From: a virus
Taxonomy: Duplodnaviria; Caudoviricetes
Reading direction: 5' to 3' (one strand)
Length of the DNA: 29,906 nt
IMG/VR virus record: IMGVR_UViG_3300037755_000609
Coordinates: 1 to 29,906 of that record
Made by a program: the position numbers and the translations under genes. The notes under the pieces are model-generated. The model saw only the letters and a list, made by a program, of their open reading frames with translations. It made no database searches and had not been told where the DNA came from. Positions 16,250 to 26,654 of this stretch are shown piece after piece. Within the stretch, counting starts at the first letter, position 1; each line of letters starts with the position of its first letter.

Positions 16250-19161
16250 TGGCAGAAGAAATTGTTTTAAATGTTAGAGTTGATAAAGGGGCTGCTGAAA
16301 AAAATATCACAGAATTAACATCTTCAATTGTAGGGCTTGAAAATGAGAATAAAAGGTTGCGTGAAAGTTTTAAAAAAGGAGAAATAAGCGCAGAAGAATT
16401 AAGTGAAGCGTTAGCAAAAAACAATCAAGTTTTAACCGAGCAAAAAAAACAAAGAAAAGATAATATTAATGTTTTAAACACTGAAAATAATAGCAGAAAA
16501 GCTTTAGAGCAATCAATTAAAAAGAATAATGAAGAACTAAGGAATTTAGATACAACCACGGAAAAAGGAAAAAAAAGAGCAAAAGAATTAACCGAAGAAT
16601 TAAAATCACAAAGGGAACAATTAAATCAAGCTAAAAAAGCAGCTGGTGACTACACGTCGAACATAGGGAATTACGCAAATGAAATAATTAGTGCTGTTAC
16701 AGAGTTGAAAAAACAAGCTGAACAGCAAAAAAACAATATATTAGCATTAGAAAAAGCAAAACAAGCAACTTCTGAAAGTTCAGAAGAATATGAGAAAGTG
16801 ACATTAGCTTTGCAGGAACAAAATGAAGCACTTGAAAATACTAGCACTGAATTAAAAAAATATGGAGAAGATATAGAAGATGCTATTGTAATTACAGATG
16901 GTGCAGAACAATCAATGTTATCTTTTGATGACACTTTACAGGAATTACCAGGAGGTTTTCAGCAAGCAACACAAGGAGCAAAAAATCTAGGCAAACAATT
17001 TTTAAGATTATTAGCAAATCCTATTATAGCTTTAATTGCGGCAATAGTTTTAGGATTAACCGCAATGTTTAAAGCTTTTAAGAAAACCCAAGAAGGACAA
17101 GACACATTTAATAAACTTTTTGTTCAAGCCTCTGCTATAATAGACACAGTTTTAGGCAGGATAGGCCGATTAGCACAAGCTGCTGTTAAATTAATAAAAG
17201 GCGATGTAAAAGGAGCAGCTGAACTTGCTACAGGTGCATTTAAAGGAATGCGTGAAGAAATAGAAAATACAGTTAAAGAAGCTGGTAATCTAGCAGATGC
17301 TAGGCATGAATTAAGAAAATTAACTGTCGATTTAACAACATCAATAGCTGAATTACAAAAATTTGCAGAAGAACAGGGAGCAATAGCAGATGATGCGACA
17401 AAGAGTTTTCAAGAAAGACAAATTGCAGCAGATAGAGCGTTCAGTGCAGAGGTATCTGCAAGAAGTAAAGAGATAGAATTAGCAAAGGCAAATTTATCTA
17501 TTATACAACGTGAGAATGCACTGAAACAACAACAAGGATTCTTAACTGATGAATTGAGGCAAGCTGAGGCAGATGCAAAGGTATTGGTAATAGAGGCTGA
17601 AAAAGCTAAAACACTGGCAGTTCTAAACAACACGAAAAGAATTAATGAATTAAGACAAGATAATTTTGAGCAGGAATTAGATTTTTTATTGGATGTTGCA
17701 GATGCACAAAAAACAGTAAACGAAAGAAGGTTAACAGATGATAATCTTGCTTTAGGAGAAAGAAAGAAAATATTTAAAGAAACTGAAAAATTATTAAATG
17801 ATTCATTTGATCAACAGTTAGCATTATTCGAAAGGGAAAATGAAATAAATCTTAATAGAAGTAAGTTACTCGAATTAAATAATCAAGAAATTTTTGAGTA
17901 TGCAAGAGGCTTAGGGTTAAGCGAAATTGAAACAAATAGACTACTTGAAGTTATAAAGGAACGAAGATTTGCTTTGCAGGATTTAGCAGATGCTCAGCGG
18001 GATTTAACAGACGAAGAAGTTGAAAGACAAGAAGCAGCAACTCAAAAACTACGTGAAATAAGAAAAGAAGCTATTTTAAAAGAACTTGAAGACATAACAG
18101 AAAGAAGGGATAAGTTAATTGAATTTGAAACAGAAGATTTTAAAAGAAAATTAGAGAATGATTTATTATTAGCTGAAGAAAGAGATTTGATTGAAGAGGA
18201 ACATAAATTAAGATTAAAAGAAATTGATGATGAATATGCAAATTATGTAATTGAAAATCAGGATAGGATTGTCGAAGAAACATTAAACTCATTTGATGAA
18301 ATTTTAAAAGCTGCTGGTGAATTTAATTCTGAAAGCATTAATAATGCAGCACAGGCAGCAGGTCGGTTGATTCAAATAAGCAATGATTTAAAAGCTGGAA
18401 GAATTTCCGATGAAGAAGCTGCTGCAAAACAAAGTGTTGAGTTAATAACAGGCTATACGAACGTTGTTGCATCAATAGGAAAAGAGAGGTTAGAGAATTA
18501 TAAAGCAAATAGGGATGCTGAGATTGAAAAATTAATTCAATCAGGTAAATCGGAGGAAGAAGCAAAAAGAATTGTAGCAAGAAAAACAGCCGCGTTAGAA
18601 ATTCAACAATTCAATTTAGAGAAGTCAACAGCTTTAGTTAATGCTGCTGTAAATACTGCCGTTGCCGTAACAAAAACACTTGCAAACCCTATACTTGCTG
18701 CTGTTGTAGGTGCGTTGGGGGCAGTTCAAATAGGCGTTATTGCAGCAAAACAACCACCTCCAATGCCTACGTTTGAAAAGGGAGGGGCTTTACCATTTGG
18801 GGGGAAATTAATAAAAGGTAATCCACATTCAATGGGAGGGGTTGATTTAATGACCTCGTCAGGGCAATATTTGGGCAACGCACAAGGGGATGAAGGTGTA
18901 TTTATCACTAATAAACTTGCAACAGCAAAATTGATAGAGGGAATAAATATAGACAATGGTGGACGCGGTTTTGGAATAAAAGGAAACAGGTACTTCCAAG
19001 ATGGAGGACAGGTTGAAGTAACTAATAGTATTACATCACAGAGTTTGGCAGCAGCTTTTAGGGATGCCGTAACCGGAATTAATATAGTTACAAAAATTGA
19101 AGATATAAGAACCGGGGAGCGCGAATATAACAGGGTTGTTAATAACGGGGTTATCGGCTAA
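16249..19161 (+). CDS. Tape measure protein
   Basis: 970 aa, long coiled coil, 'NIGNY', hydrophobic 'ANPIIALIAAIVLGL', Ala-rich C-terminus. Confidence 0.9.
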   Translation: MAEEIVLNVRVDKGAAEKNITELTSSIVGLENENKRLRESFKKGEISAEELSEALAKNNQVLTEQKKQRKDNINVLNTENNSRKALEQSIKKNNEELRNLDTTTEKGKKRAKELTEELKSQREQLNQAKKAAGDYTSNIGNYANEIISAVTELKKQAEQQKNNILALEKAKQATSESSEEYEKVTLALQEQNEALENTSTELKKYGEDIEDAIVITDGAEQSMLSFDDTLQELPGGFQQATQGAKNLGKQFLRLLANPIIALIAAIVLGLTAMFKAFKKTQEGQDTFNKLFVQASAIIDTVLGRIGRLAQAAVKLIKGDVKGAAELATGAFKGMREEIENTVKEAGNLADARHELRKLTVDLTTSIAELQKFAEEQGAIADDATKSFQERQIAADRAFSAEVSARSKEIELAKANLSIIQRENALKQQQGFLTDELRQAEADAKVLVIEAEKAKTLAVLNNTKRINELRQDNFEQELDFLLDVADAQKTVNERRLTDDNLALGERKKIFKETEKLLNDSFDQQLALFERENEINLNRSKLLELNNQEIFEYARGLGLSEIETNRLLEVIKERRFALQDLADAQRDLTDEEVERQEAATQKLREIRKEAILKELEDITERRDKLIEFETEDFKRKLENDLLLAEERDLIEEEHKLRLKEIDDEYANYVIENQDRIVEETLNSFDEILKAAGEFNSESINNAAQAAGRLIQISNDLKAGRISDEEAAAKQSVELITGYTNVVASIGKERLENYKANRDAEIEKLIQSGKSEEEAKRIVARKTAALEIQQFNLEKSTALVNAAVNTAVAVTKTLANPILAAVVGALGAVQIGVIAAKQPPPMPTFEKGGALPFGGKLIKGNPHSMGGVDLMTSSGQYLGNAQGDEGVFITNKLATAKLIEGINIDNGGRGFGIKGNRYFQDGGQVEVTNSITSQSLAAAFRDAVTGINIVTKIEDIRTGEREYNRVVNNGVIG

Positions 19162-19361
19162 TGAACAAAAACAGCGAAAAGAAACATCAATTTATTAAAC
19201 GCGCAATGGAAAATCCAAAAGGGGTTGCTGTTGAAATAGAAATATTAGCACATTCTTTAAAGAAAGCTGAAAAGAAGTCTACAATAATAAGGATACTTGA
19301 AAACTTACTATTTATTGATAAATCAGTTGTTTATAAAGCAGTAAACAAAACTAAAACATAA
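19161..19361 (+). CDS. Small basic hypothetical protein
   Basis: ORF track; TAATG coupling to the tape measure gene. Confidence 0.6.
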   Translation: MNKNSEKKHQFIKRAMENPKGVAVEIEILAHSLKKAEKKSTIIRILENLLFIDKSVVYKAVNKTKT

Positions 19362-19513
19362 GTTTCTTATATCTATTTACCTTACTATACTCTTTATCTG
19401 GAAAACCATCACATAAAAGATACGTTATTTTAATAAACTTTTGCCCTGCGCAAACATTGCTTTTTGTTATAGATAATTCTTATAACCTTTGTTATTATAT
19501 AGATAAATTATTT

Positions 19514-20578
19514 ATGGCAAAAGACATTTTTCTTACCGGAATCGTTGATGAGTTCATGTTAAATGAATTAATGTATCAGGTTCGAAACACAACTGAGACG
19601 GATTTAAATATTTACATGGGAACTCCAGGGGGGTACGTTGATGACGCTTTTAGAATAGCGCAATACATCGAGGGAGTTTCAGATAAGAAAAATATAACTA
19701 ACCATATTTTTGGCAACACCGATAGTGCGGGTACAATAATATTTTTATCTGCAAAAAATAGGAAGGCAGCTAAATATTCGGCTTTTATGGTCCACAACCC
19801 CGCGGTTCTAAACATTGACATAATGGACAACGATAAAACGGACAGGTTAAAATCAATGTTAGACTTCAACAAAGAGCGTATCGCTTCTTATTATGAAAGT
19901 AAAATACCAAACCTTAATAGGTCAAAATTAAAATCGATGATGTCTAAAGAAACTTTTATGACAGCAGAAGAAATGAAGCAGTACGGCATTGTTGATGAAG
20001 TTTTAGACAGGTTTGATATAGCAGCATTTAATAAATCACATCATAATTATTTAATAAATAAAACTAAAAACATGGGCTTTTTTGATAAAAGTAAAAAAGT
20101 AAAGAATTATTCTGTTAAGTTAACAGAAGACATTCAGGCTGTTTTTTCATCTGAAAATAATGAATTAACAGAGGGGTTAGAATTAAACCCAATTGGCGAA
20201 GTTGAAAATTTAAAAGGGGAATACACCGTAAACCATAACGACAAAAAATATAACGTTGTGGTAAACGATAAAAACTCAATTGAAAAAGTAGAGGAATCAA
20301 GTGAGGTGACAAATTCAAGTAATGAAGCTGTTAAAGCTTTATCAGAGCAGTTTGCCGGGGTTATTGCCGAAATGGAAAAGAAATTCACGGAACGAATTGA
20401 GAACATGGAAAAAAGAATTAAGAATGAAACATCAGGTAATATAATGCCCGATGAAAAAGAACTTAATTCAGGAAACAAATCAACATTAAACCCTGTGATC
20501 AATTTAAGGAAAGACATTCAGGCTGAACAGGCAAAAATGGAAAAGGAACGAATCAATAACCGAAAAAAAGTTAGCTAA
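19514..20578 (+). CDS. ClpP-type prohead protease with C-terminal scaffold-like region
   Basis: GTPGGYV, DSAGT (Ser), MVHNP (His), ETFMTAEE...GIVDEV; ATG19514 preferred. Confidence 0.9.
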   Translation: MAKDIFLTGIVDEFMLNELMYQVRNTTETDLNIYMGTPGGYVDDAFRIAQYIEGVSDKKNITNHIFGNTDSAGTIIFLSAKNRKAAKYSAFMVHNPAVLNIDIMDNDKTDRLKSMLDFNKERIASYYESKIPNLNRSKLKSMMSKETFMTAEEMKQYGIVDEVLDRFDIAAFNKSHHNYLINKTKNMGFFDKSKKVKNYSVKLTEDIQAVFSSENNELTEGLELNPIGEVENLKGEYTVNHNDKKYNVVVNDKNSIEKVEESSEVTNSSNEAVKALSEQFAGVIAEMEKKFTERIENMEKRIKNETSGNIMPDEKELNSGNKSTLNPVINLRKDIQAEQAKMEKERINNRKKVS

Positions 20579-20580
20579 TT

Positions 20581-21534
20581 ATGCCCGGAACATTGACAAA
20601 CACTGGATATAACGGTGATGCGTTAAGAACGCTGTACACTGTTTTTGGTTTAGGAAACGATGTCGTTAAAGATGGCGTGGCAATGCTTTTGGATGGGATC
20701 AAAGAAAAAAGGGCGATACCTGTCTTAAAAACTGATTCAAGGCCAATCGGGGTTTATGAAACAACCCCAAGTGGAACAACAACTAACTGGACTTATTCCG
20801 AGCGAACAATAGAGCCACAGGTTGGAATGATTTATGACACATATGAGCCGGACGACTTTTTACCGTTATGGGATGAATTTGCGAGTATTGGGGATGATAC
20901 AAATTTGATGTTAAACCCTACACTTTTAAACGCTGTATTAGAACTTTTTAAAGATTCAGCCGGACAACAATTAGCGGAATTGTTTTGGCAAGGAGATCAA
21001 ACTTTAGCGACTTCAACAGGGCTTCATTTTCACGACGGAATTGTTACAAGGGCAATTGCTGATTCAACGGTAATCAAGCCCAGCAGCTCTGGTAATATTA
21101 CAGTTGCGAATGCGGGTGATATAGCCTTAACAGTTTGGGAATCAACGCCTAATAAATTTTTAAAAGATAACGACTTTCGACAATATTGGTCTTATGGTGA
21201 TTTTAAAAAACTTCAACAATTTAACACAAATGCAAAAAAAACAAATCATGGTGTTTTAGTTGATAGTATTGAAGATTTATTATACAACCAACGAATTGTA
21301 CCTCAAATAGGAATGCCAGCAAACAGGATTATAGGGGCAAAAGGTGGCAACTCAACAAAATCAAACCTATTTATGGGCATGTATTTTGATTTGGACAGGC
21401 AGGCGATAAGGATCGGCAGAGTATCTGAAAATAGTGATTCGTTTTTTATTAGGATGAATATAAGGATGGATGCTAACTATGCAGAAGGTTCAGAAATAGT
21501 ATTATACACGGAAAGCGCAGTAATTAACCCATAA
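20581..21534 (+). CDS. Major capsid protein
   Basis: 317 aa directly after the protease; 'ELFWQGD...DG' and terminal 'RM....ANY...SEIVLY' patterns. Confidence 0.8.
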   Translation: MPGTLTNTGYNGDALRTLYTVFGLGNDVVKDGVAMLLDGIKEKRAIPVLKTDSRPIGVYETTPSGTTTNWTYSERTIEPQVGMIYDTYEPDDFLPLWDEFASIGDDTNLMLNPTLLNAVLELFKDSAGQQLAELFWQGDQTLATSTGLHFHDGIVTRAIADSTVIKPSSSGNITVANAGDIALTVWESTPNKFLKDNDFRQYWSYGDFKKLQQFNTNAKKTNHGVLVDSIEDLLYNQRIVPQIGMPANRIIGAKGGNSTKSNLFMGMYFDLDRQAIRIGRVSENSDSFFIRMNIRMDANYAEGSEIVLYTESAVINP

Positions 21535-21546
21535 AGGAGGTAAATC

Positions 21547-22113
21547 ATGGCATTTTGTTTAATCGATGATGGGATAACGCTAAATTGCGCAGTTGATTTA
21601 GTGCCTAAAGTTTTAAAACCAGTTGTTTATCTTACTAATTTTAGTGATTTAAAAGAGGGTACAATTACACCTGATGGGACCAGCTTAAATATCACCTCTA
21701 TTGCATTGGCAGGTGGTGGTAAGCAATGGTATAAGTTTGAACTGCATAAATCTAGTGGAATTTTACTCCCAACTGGCATATTTAGGGCTGTAGACGAAGG
21801 ACAGCCGGGATTTGACCATACTATTCCTTTTAAAGTTATATTGCACGATCAGGACGAAGTCAATAATATGGCAGAAATAAGAAATGCAAGGGTAGCATGT
21901 ATTCTTCAATATGAAGGTACAGGCGGTTTGCTTTTCGGTGAAAATGTTGGACTTAACATAACTGATTTTCAGGCTTTATTTAATGAAGGAACAAATGGAA
22001 ACTTAATAGGTATTACTTTGGCAACCCCAGCGGGAAGTGCGCCAGAAAACAAGCCTTACGCTATACTTGATTCTACGTTTGATTTTAGCGGGTTAGAAAC
22101 ACCAACAGCTTAA
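21547..22113 (+). CDS. Putative major tail tube protein
   Basis: 'C.I..GITLNC...VYL.NF...WYKFE...LFGE..GL' pattern; follows the capsid gene. Confidence 0.65.
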   Translation: MAFCLIDDGITLNCAVDLVPKVLKPVVYLTNFSDLKEGTITPDGTSLNITSIALAGGGKQWYKFELHKSSGILLPTGIFRAVDEGQPGFDHTIPFKVILHDQDEVNNMAEIRNARVACILQYEGTGGLLFGENVGLNITDFQALFNEGTNGNLIGITLATPAGSAPENKPYAILDSTFDFSGLETPTA

Positions 22114-22115
22114 TT

Positions 22116-22328
22116 ATGAAGTTACAAATAAAAAAAGATGGTTGTTTTATAATTCATAAAGGGATAACTTATAAAAATGAAAATTTATATAAGTTATCTA
22201 AAAAAGATAAAGAGTATTTAATTTCAATTGAAATTTTAGTAGCTTTACCTGAACCAAAAAAAGAACCTGAAATTAAATTAGAATCAAAAAGTAAAAAAAT
22301 AATAAAAAAAGAAAATAAAAATGGATAA
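22116..22328 (+). CDS. Hypothetical protein
   Basis: ORF track. Confidence 0.6.
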   Translation: MKLQIKKDGCFIIHKGITYKNENLYKLSKKDKEYLISIEILVALPEPKKEPEIKLESKSKKIIKKENKNG

Positions 22329-22707
22329 TTTACCTAAAGATTATTTTCACGCTTGCCGTTTGGTCCAGCTTTCAGACCCGTTCAGCGGAAATAACTATAA
22401 TAAAAGAGATGCTATATTAAAAGCTGTTGAGACGAATAATGAAAATTATAAGGGAAAGCCTTTTATAGGGAATAAAAATCATACTTTTACAGTCGATGGA
22501 ATTTCATTTCCTGTTGCAAAAGGAGTTATTGTGCCAGTTCTTGAACATGGAGGGCAAACAATTGATTACGGAAAGCAATTGATTGATGTAAATCCACGAG
22601 TTAAAGAACTAGATTTTATGATTGATAACCCTGATGCTGAAAAAGAAAAATCAGAGGCTAAAGCAGAAGCAAAAAAAGAAGTGGTAAATTCAAATAAACA
22701 AAAATAA
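22321..22707 (+). CDS. Hypothetical protein
   Basis: ORF track. Confidence 0.7.
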   Translation: MDNLPKDYFHACRLVQLSDPFSGNNYNKRDAILKAVETNNENYKGKPFIGNKNHTFTVDGISFPVAKGVIVPVLEHGGQTIDYGKQLIDVNPRVKELDFMIDNPDAEKEKSEAKAEAKKEVVNSNKQK

Positions 22708-22708
22708 A

Positions 22709-23098
22709 ATGAAAAGATTAATTTGTATATTATTTACAGTTTTTGCATTAGCACATGTTGCTAATTCTCAAACAAGAAATGTTGCTTATGCAGCAGATAC
22801 AATAAATGGGGTTGGTAATTTAAGTTTCACACACGGCAGCCCAATTACCGAGTTAAATACAGTTACATGGTTTATTTCAACAGATGAGTTTACCGGCTCG
22901 GATACAGTAATTTGTAATTGTCAACAATCCCCATTGGCCTCGTTTGGATGGACAAATGTAGGCGATGCAGATACAATAACTGCAGATGGTAACAATGAAA
23001 TTACAGTTTCAAATTTCCCCGGGCTATTCACACGCTTGTATTGTGAAAGTGCAGATACGGACAGCACTTTAATTGATGCTCATTTGATTGTTAAGTAA
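22709..23098 (+). CDS. Exported small beta-rich protein (Sec signal), last gene of the capsid operon
   Basis: MKRLICILFTVFALAHVANS-Q. Confidence 0.7.
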   Translation: MKRLICILFTVFALAHVANSQTRNVAYAADTINGVGNLSFTHGSPITELNTVTWFISTDEFTGSDTVICNCQQSPLASFGWTNVGDADTITADGNNEITVSNFPGLFTRLYCESADTDSTLIDAHLIVK

Positions 23099-23122
23099 AC
23101 GCTCTTTTAAATATTGTAATTT

Positions 23123-23148
23123 AAGCCCCGAAATATTGGGGCTTTTTT
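23123..23148 (+). terminator. Intrinsic terminator
   Basis: aagcccc-gaaatatt-ggggctt followed by a T tract. Confidence 0.85.
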
Positions 23149-23172
23149 GTAAACTATTTTGTAATTTTGAGT

Positions 23173-24393
23173 ATGCCACAACAGGATAATTATATATTTC
23201 AAGATAATCAGGTCAATGCGGATAAAAAAAACATCCCGAACAGAAAAATAACAATTAATACACTTCAAAGGGCTGTTTATTTAGCTAGAATTTGTGAAAG
23301 AAGGGCATTATATCACGATGTAATTAGTTTTGATGATGATAATTTATATCCACAAAAAACAGAAGTAGTTGGGCAAAGAAGTGTATCAATACAAAGTACT
23401 AAAAGGTTATTTCGTGATTTTGTTATGGGGCAGTTTATTGAAGGATTTGATGACCTCGTAATAAATCGAAAAGGGTGGACAGGGAGGAAATTACGAGAGT
23501 ATATAAGTGACGGCATGCACTCAAATAATAATATTTCGCTTCAATTTCTGCCAAATAGATTAGGACAAATAGCAGAAATTTACCCAGCAACATTTAAATT
23601 CTTAAGATTTAAGGCAGACGGTAAAAAAATAGTATGGAACCCGTATTGGGATAGGGGTATAAGTCAAGAAAATCGTGTTGAATATGATTTATTTGATCCA
23701 GATTTAATTAAACCACAAATAAAAAAAGAAGGTTTTAATTTATACAAAGGACAGGTATTATACGCAAATTTAGAACATAGCCAAAGGTTATATCCTTTAT
23801 GCGGTTTTGATAGTGTTTTAGACGATGCGCAACTGGAAAATGAAATAGGCATTTTTAAAATTAGCCATTACCAAAACAATTTATTTTTGGGTGGGATACT
23901 ATTCGATCCAGGAGGCGACCCTAATAACGATGATGAAGAAAGCGAAACAGAAACAATTTTAAAACAAAAAGCACAGGGGGCCTCAAATACAGGTGCGTTT
24001 ATTCGAATACCTGTAAATTTAGCGGCCTTACAAGATGTAAGGGGCTTTGATTTTTTTAAACAATTTCAATATCCGGATATTAGTAAATTAACTGAAACTG
24101 ATTTGTTAATGTCAATGAGACGGATATTTATGCACTATAATCAACCCCCTATTTTATCCGGCGCAAGTTTTGGCGAAGGAATGTTTAATCAAGAAAGCTT
24201 CAAAGATGCAGGCCTTTATTATAGCTGGAAAACACAAGTTGACCGTGATTCTGTTAGCGAATTTTTGAATGACATTTTTCAACATACAATATGGGCAAAT
24301 GACATTCCTGATATTGATATAAAACCCCTTGAAATGTTTAGCGTTGAAAGTACACAAACTAATATTCAAACATATGGATCCAATTCTAATTAG
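23173..24393 (+). CDS. Portal protein
   Basis: ~406 aa; 'F..DNLYPQ', 'QGASNTG', 'RIF..YNQPPILSG' patterns; precedes the adaptor gene. Confidence 0.75.
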   Translation: MPQQDNYIFQDNQVNADKKNIPNRKITINTLQRAVYLARICERRALYHDVISFDDDNLYPQKTEVVGQRSVSIQSTKRLFRDFVMGQFIEGFDDLVINRKGWTGRKLREYISDGMHSNNNISLQFLPNRLGQIAEIYPATFKFLRFKADGKKIVWNPYWDRGISQENRVEYDLFDPDLIKPQIKKEGFNLYKGQVLYANLEHSQRLYPLCGFDSVLDDAQLENEIGIFKISHYQNNLFLGGILFDPGGDPNNDDEESETETILKQKAQGASNTGAFIRIPVNLAALQDVRGFDFFKQFQYPDISKLTETDLLMSMRRIFMHYNQPPILSGASFGEGMFNQESFKDAGLYYSWKTQVDRDSVSEFLNDIFQHTIWANDIPDIDIKPLEMFSVESTQTNIQTYGSNSN

Positions 24394-24901
24394 TATAACA
24401 GAAATAAAACAATACGTTGACATTGATTCAAAGTATTCCGAAGACAGAATAAACACATATATCAGACAGGTGCAGCACAACCGGTTAAGGAATTTAATTG
24501 GGGAGGGAATGTATTATGACTTTATAAATAAAGTTAGTTCAGACACCCTAACAACTGCTTATAATAATTTTTTTACTGGTAAAACGTATGTTTATAACGG
24601 AAAAACAATTCAATATTATGGCATTAAACCTTATCTAGCTTTATTTGTCGTAGCTGAAATTTCTGTTTTAGGAAATGTTTTTTTAACAAATAAAGGGATG
24701 ATGGAATTTAATGATGAACAAACAATTAAGGTTCCTTCTCAAAGTAAGATAACAGCTGTTTCACAAGAGTTTGCGAGCAGGGGGGGTATATATGAAAATG
24801 ATATTATTCAATTTTTACAACAAAACAAATCTAATTATCCTTTATGGGAAGATAAAAATAAAAAGCTAATAACTAGATTTAAATTTAGTATAATGAATTA
24901 A
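24374..24901 (+). CDS. Head-tail adaptor-like protein (DUF6712-like)
   Basis: 'LIS..EIK.Y..I....I..YI..VQ...L...IGE.MY...IKPYL'; ATG24374 preferred. Confidence 0.65.
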   Translation: MDPILISITEIKQYVDIDSKYSEDRINTYIRQVQHNRLRNLIGEGMYYDFINKVSSDTLTTAYNNFFTGKTYVYNGKTIQYYGIKPYLALFVVAEISVLGNVFLTNKGMMEFNDEQTIKVPSQSKITAVSQEFASRGGIYENDIIQFLQQNKSNYPLWEDKNKKLITRFKFSIMN

Positions 24902-24910
24902 ATTTGAGAT

Positions 24911-26650
24911 ATGAAAACTATATTTTTTTTAATATTTATATTTATAAATTTTTCTTTGTTTGCACAAATTCAAACTGTAAATGTTGGTACAAGTGCTGAT
25001 GATGGAACTGGGGATAATTTAAGAAGTGCTTTTCAAAAAGTAAACAATAATAATACTTATTTAGACGGCATTAAGCTTGATAGTACTGATGTAAAAACAA
25101 AAATAAGCGATAGTTTAACTGTTGCAAGGGCGCAATTAAGAAGTGATATATCCGATTCACTTGAAAATATAAACGTAGATAGCACATGGTTATACGGCAC
25201 TTTTACAGACAGCGCAGGAATAAGTAGGATAGTAAATTTGGATTCAATTAAAGATGGTATAACCGGAAATTGGTATGAAATTAGTGATTTTATTACTTCA
25301 ACAAATTTATTAAGTGATTCAAGTCTTTACCTTGAAGCAGGTGACGGGGATTATTTCGATGTTCAAACAGGTATCGGAGGAAAATATTTTGATGCATTTA
25401 TTGATGATGCTGGATTTGGATTTGATGGAAGTGGTTTTTATTTTTATGGAGATAATTTTAATTTATCACCTGCAAATAATAATCTTAGTTCCGGTTCAGG
25501 ATTTTCAGGTCTAAGAAGGGTGTTATCTGGTGGTCCTGCTACAAGAAAAATATATCTATTACACGAAGATGAATCAGGGCAAGGGGTAACTGTATCTCTC
25601 GATACTATTAACGAAGGAACATACATACTTGAATTAAATGGCACTAATTATGTAACTAGTGTAGATGATTCAACATATTTCAATCATTATGTAAATGTAA
25701 AGGATAGTATTTCAACCGGGTTGGTAAAATCTGATTCCATATATGATAAGCAGACAGGTAATTATTATTTGTGGAATGATTTTTTAGGGGGTAATGAAGT
25801 ATCCTCATCAAATGCCGTTGTGTTAAAATCATTTTTAGCAGATTCATTCGTAACCGGCAATCAGGTTGAGGAGGATTTTTACATTGACACTTTAAATGAA
25901 AATCAATTTACTGAAGATGGCGACAGGATAAGGTTCACTGTGTATTTTGACCGTGGATCGAGCGAGGGGGATAGTGTAAAGTTTTATTTCGCTGACGAAT
26001 ACATATCATTGTTTCACACAAACCCCGATGTTCCCGAAGCATCAAAGGCAGTGTTTGAAATCGTCAGGACAAGCTCAACAACTGCACGAATGTTTGTTGC
26101 AGTTGATGAAAATGTAACAAGCACAACCTCTGACGTCACTTTGTACAAATCAATAACAGGCGTTGATTTCGCAAGCGAAATGGAATTGAAGTTCGCTGGT
26201 TGGTCAGGCGATGCAAGTGATATGACAGCGCATTACGGTGTCGTAGAATTTATTTCAATAACTGGTGCATCAGGTGGCTCAGGCGGTGGAGGAAGTTCAC
26301 ATGTTTTTGCAATTGCGCTTTCAGATTCAGCAACTGAATTAACAACTGGTAACGGAGATAGCTGGGATGCTATGTTTGATTACTCAATTGATAGTGTTAG
26401 GATAGGGGTAAATTTACCTCCAACAGGCTCTAATTTATCTGTTGATATAAATAAAAATGGGACTTCAATATTTAGTACAGAAATTACAATAGATGCAGGG
26501 GATTCAACTAGCGTGACAGCCACTACCCCTTACTCATTATCAACAACAACCGTAAATTATAATGACAGGATGAATGCTGTAGTAAATAGTGTGGGATCAA
26601 CTTTCGGTGGCGCGGGTATTAAATTATACATATATGCAACAAAAAATTAA
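24911..26650 (+). CDS. Fibre/baseplate-like protein with Sec signal peptide
   Basis: MKTIFFLIFIFINFSLFA-Q, then 'QTVNVGTSADDGTGDNLRSAFQKVNNN' (T4 gp9/gp10-like N-terminal motif), a Gly linker and a C-terminal beta module. Confidence 0.75.
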   Translation: MKTIFFLIFIFINFSLFAQIQTVNVGTSADDGTGDNLRSAFQKVNNNNTYLDGIKLDSTDVKTKISDSLTVARAQLRSDISDSLENINVDSTWLYGTFTDSAGISRIVNLDSIKDGITGNWYEISDFITSTNLLSDSSLYLEAGDGDYFDVQTGIGGKYFDAFIDDAGFGFDGSGFYFYGDNFNLSPANNNLSSGSGFSGLRRVLSGGPATRKIYLLHEDESGQGVTVSLDTINEGTYILELNGTNYVTSVDDSTYFNHYVNVKDSISTGLVKSDSIYDKQTGNYYLWNDFLGGNEVSSSNAVVLKSFLADSFVTGNQVEEDFYIDTLNENQFTEDGDRIRFTVYFDRGSSEGDSVKFYFADEYISLFHTNPDVPEASKAVFEIVRTSSTTARMFVAVDENVTSTTSDVTLYKSITGVDFASEMELKFAGWSGDASDMTAHYGVVEFISITGASGGSGGGGSSHVFAIALSDSATELTTGNGDSWDAMFDYSIDSVRIGVNLPPTGSNLSVDINKNGTSIFSTEITIDAGDSTSVTATTPYSLSTTTVNYNDRMNAVVNSVGSTFGGAGIKLYIYATKN

Positions 26651-26654
26651 AAAT

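Noticed and set aside
19362-19513. Late promoter candidate before the protease (short tagataa repeats, TAACCTTTG)
   Set aside because: Plausible location but no exact consensus match, so it cannot be delimited
2626-26654. Upstream non-ATG starts in the track (2626, 3537, 13989, 19457, 23167, 24329, 26589)
   Set aside because: Downstream ATGs give better gene packing, A-rich contexts or intact signal peptides
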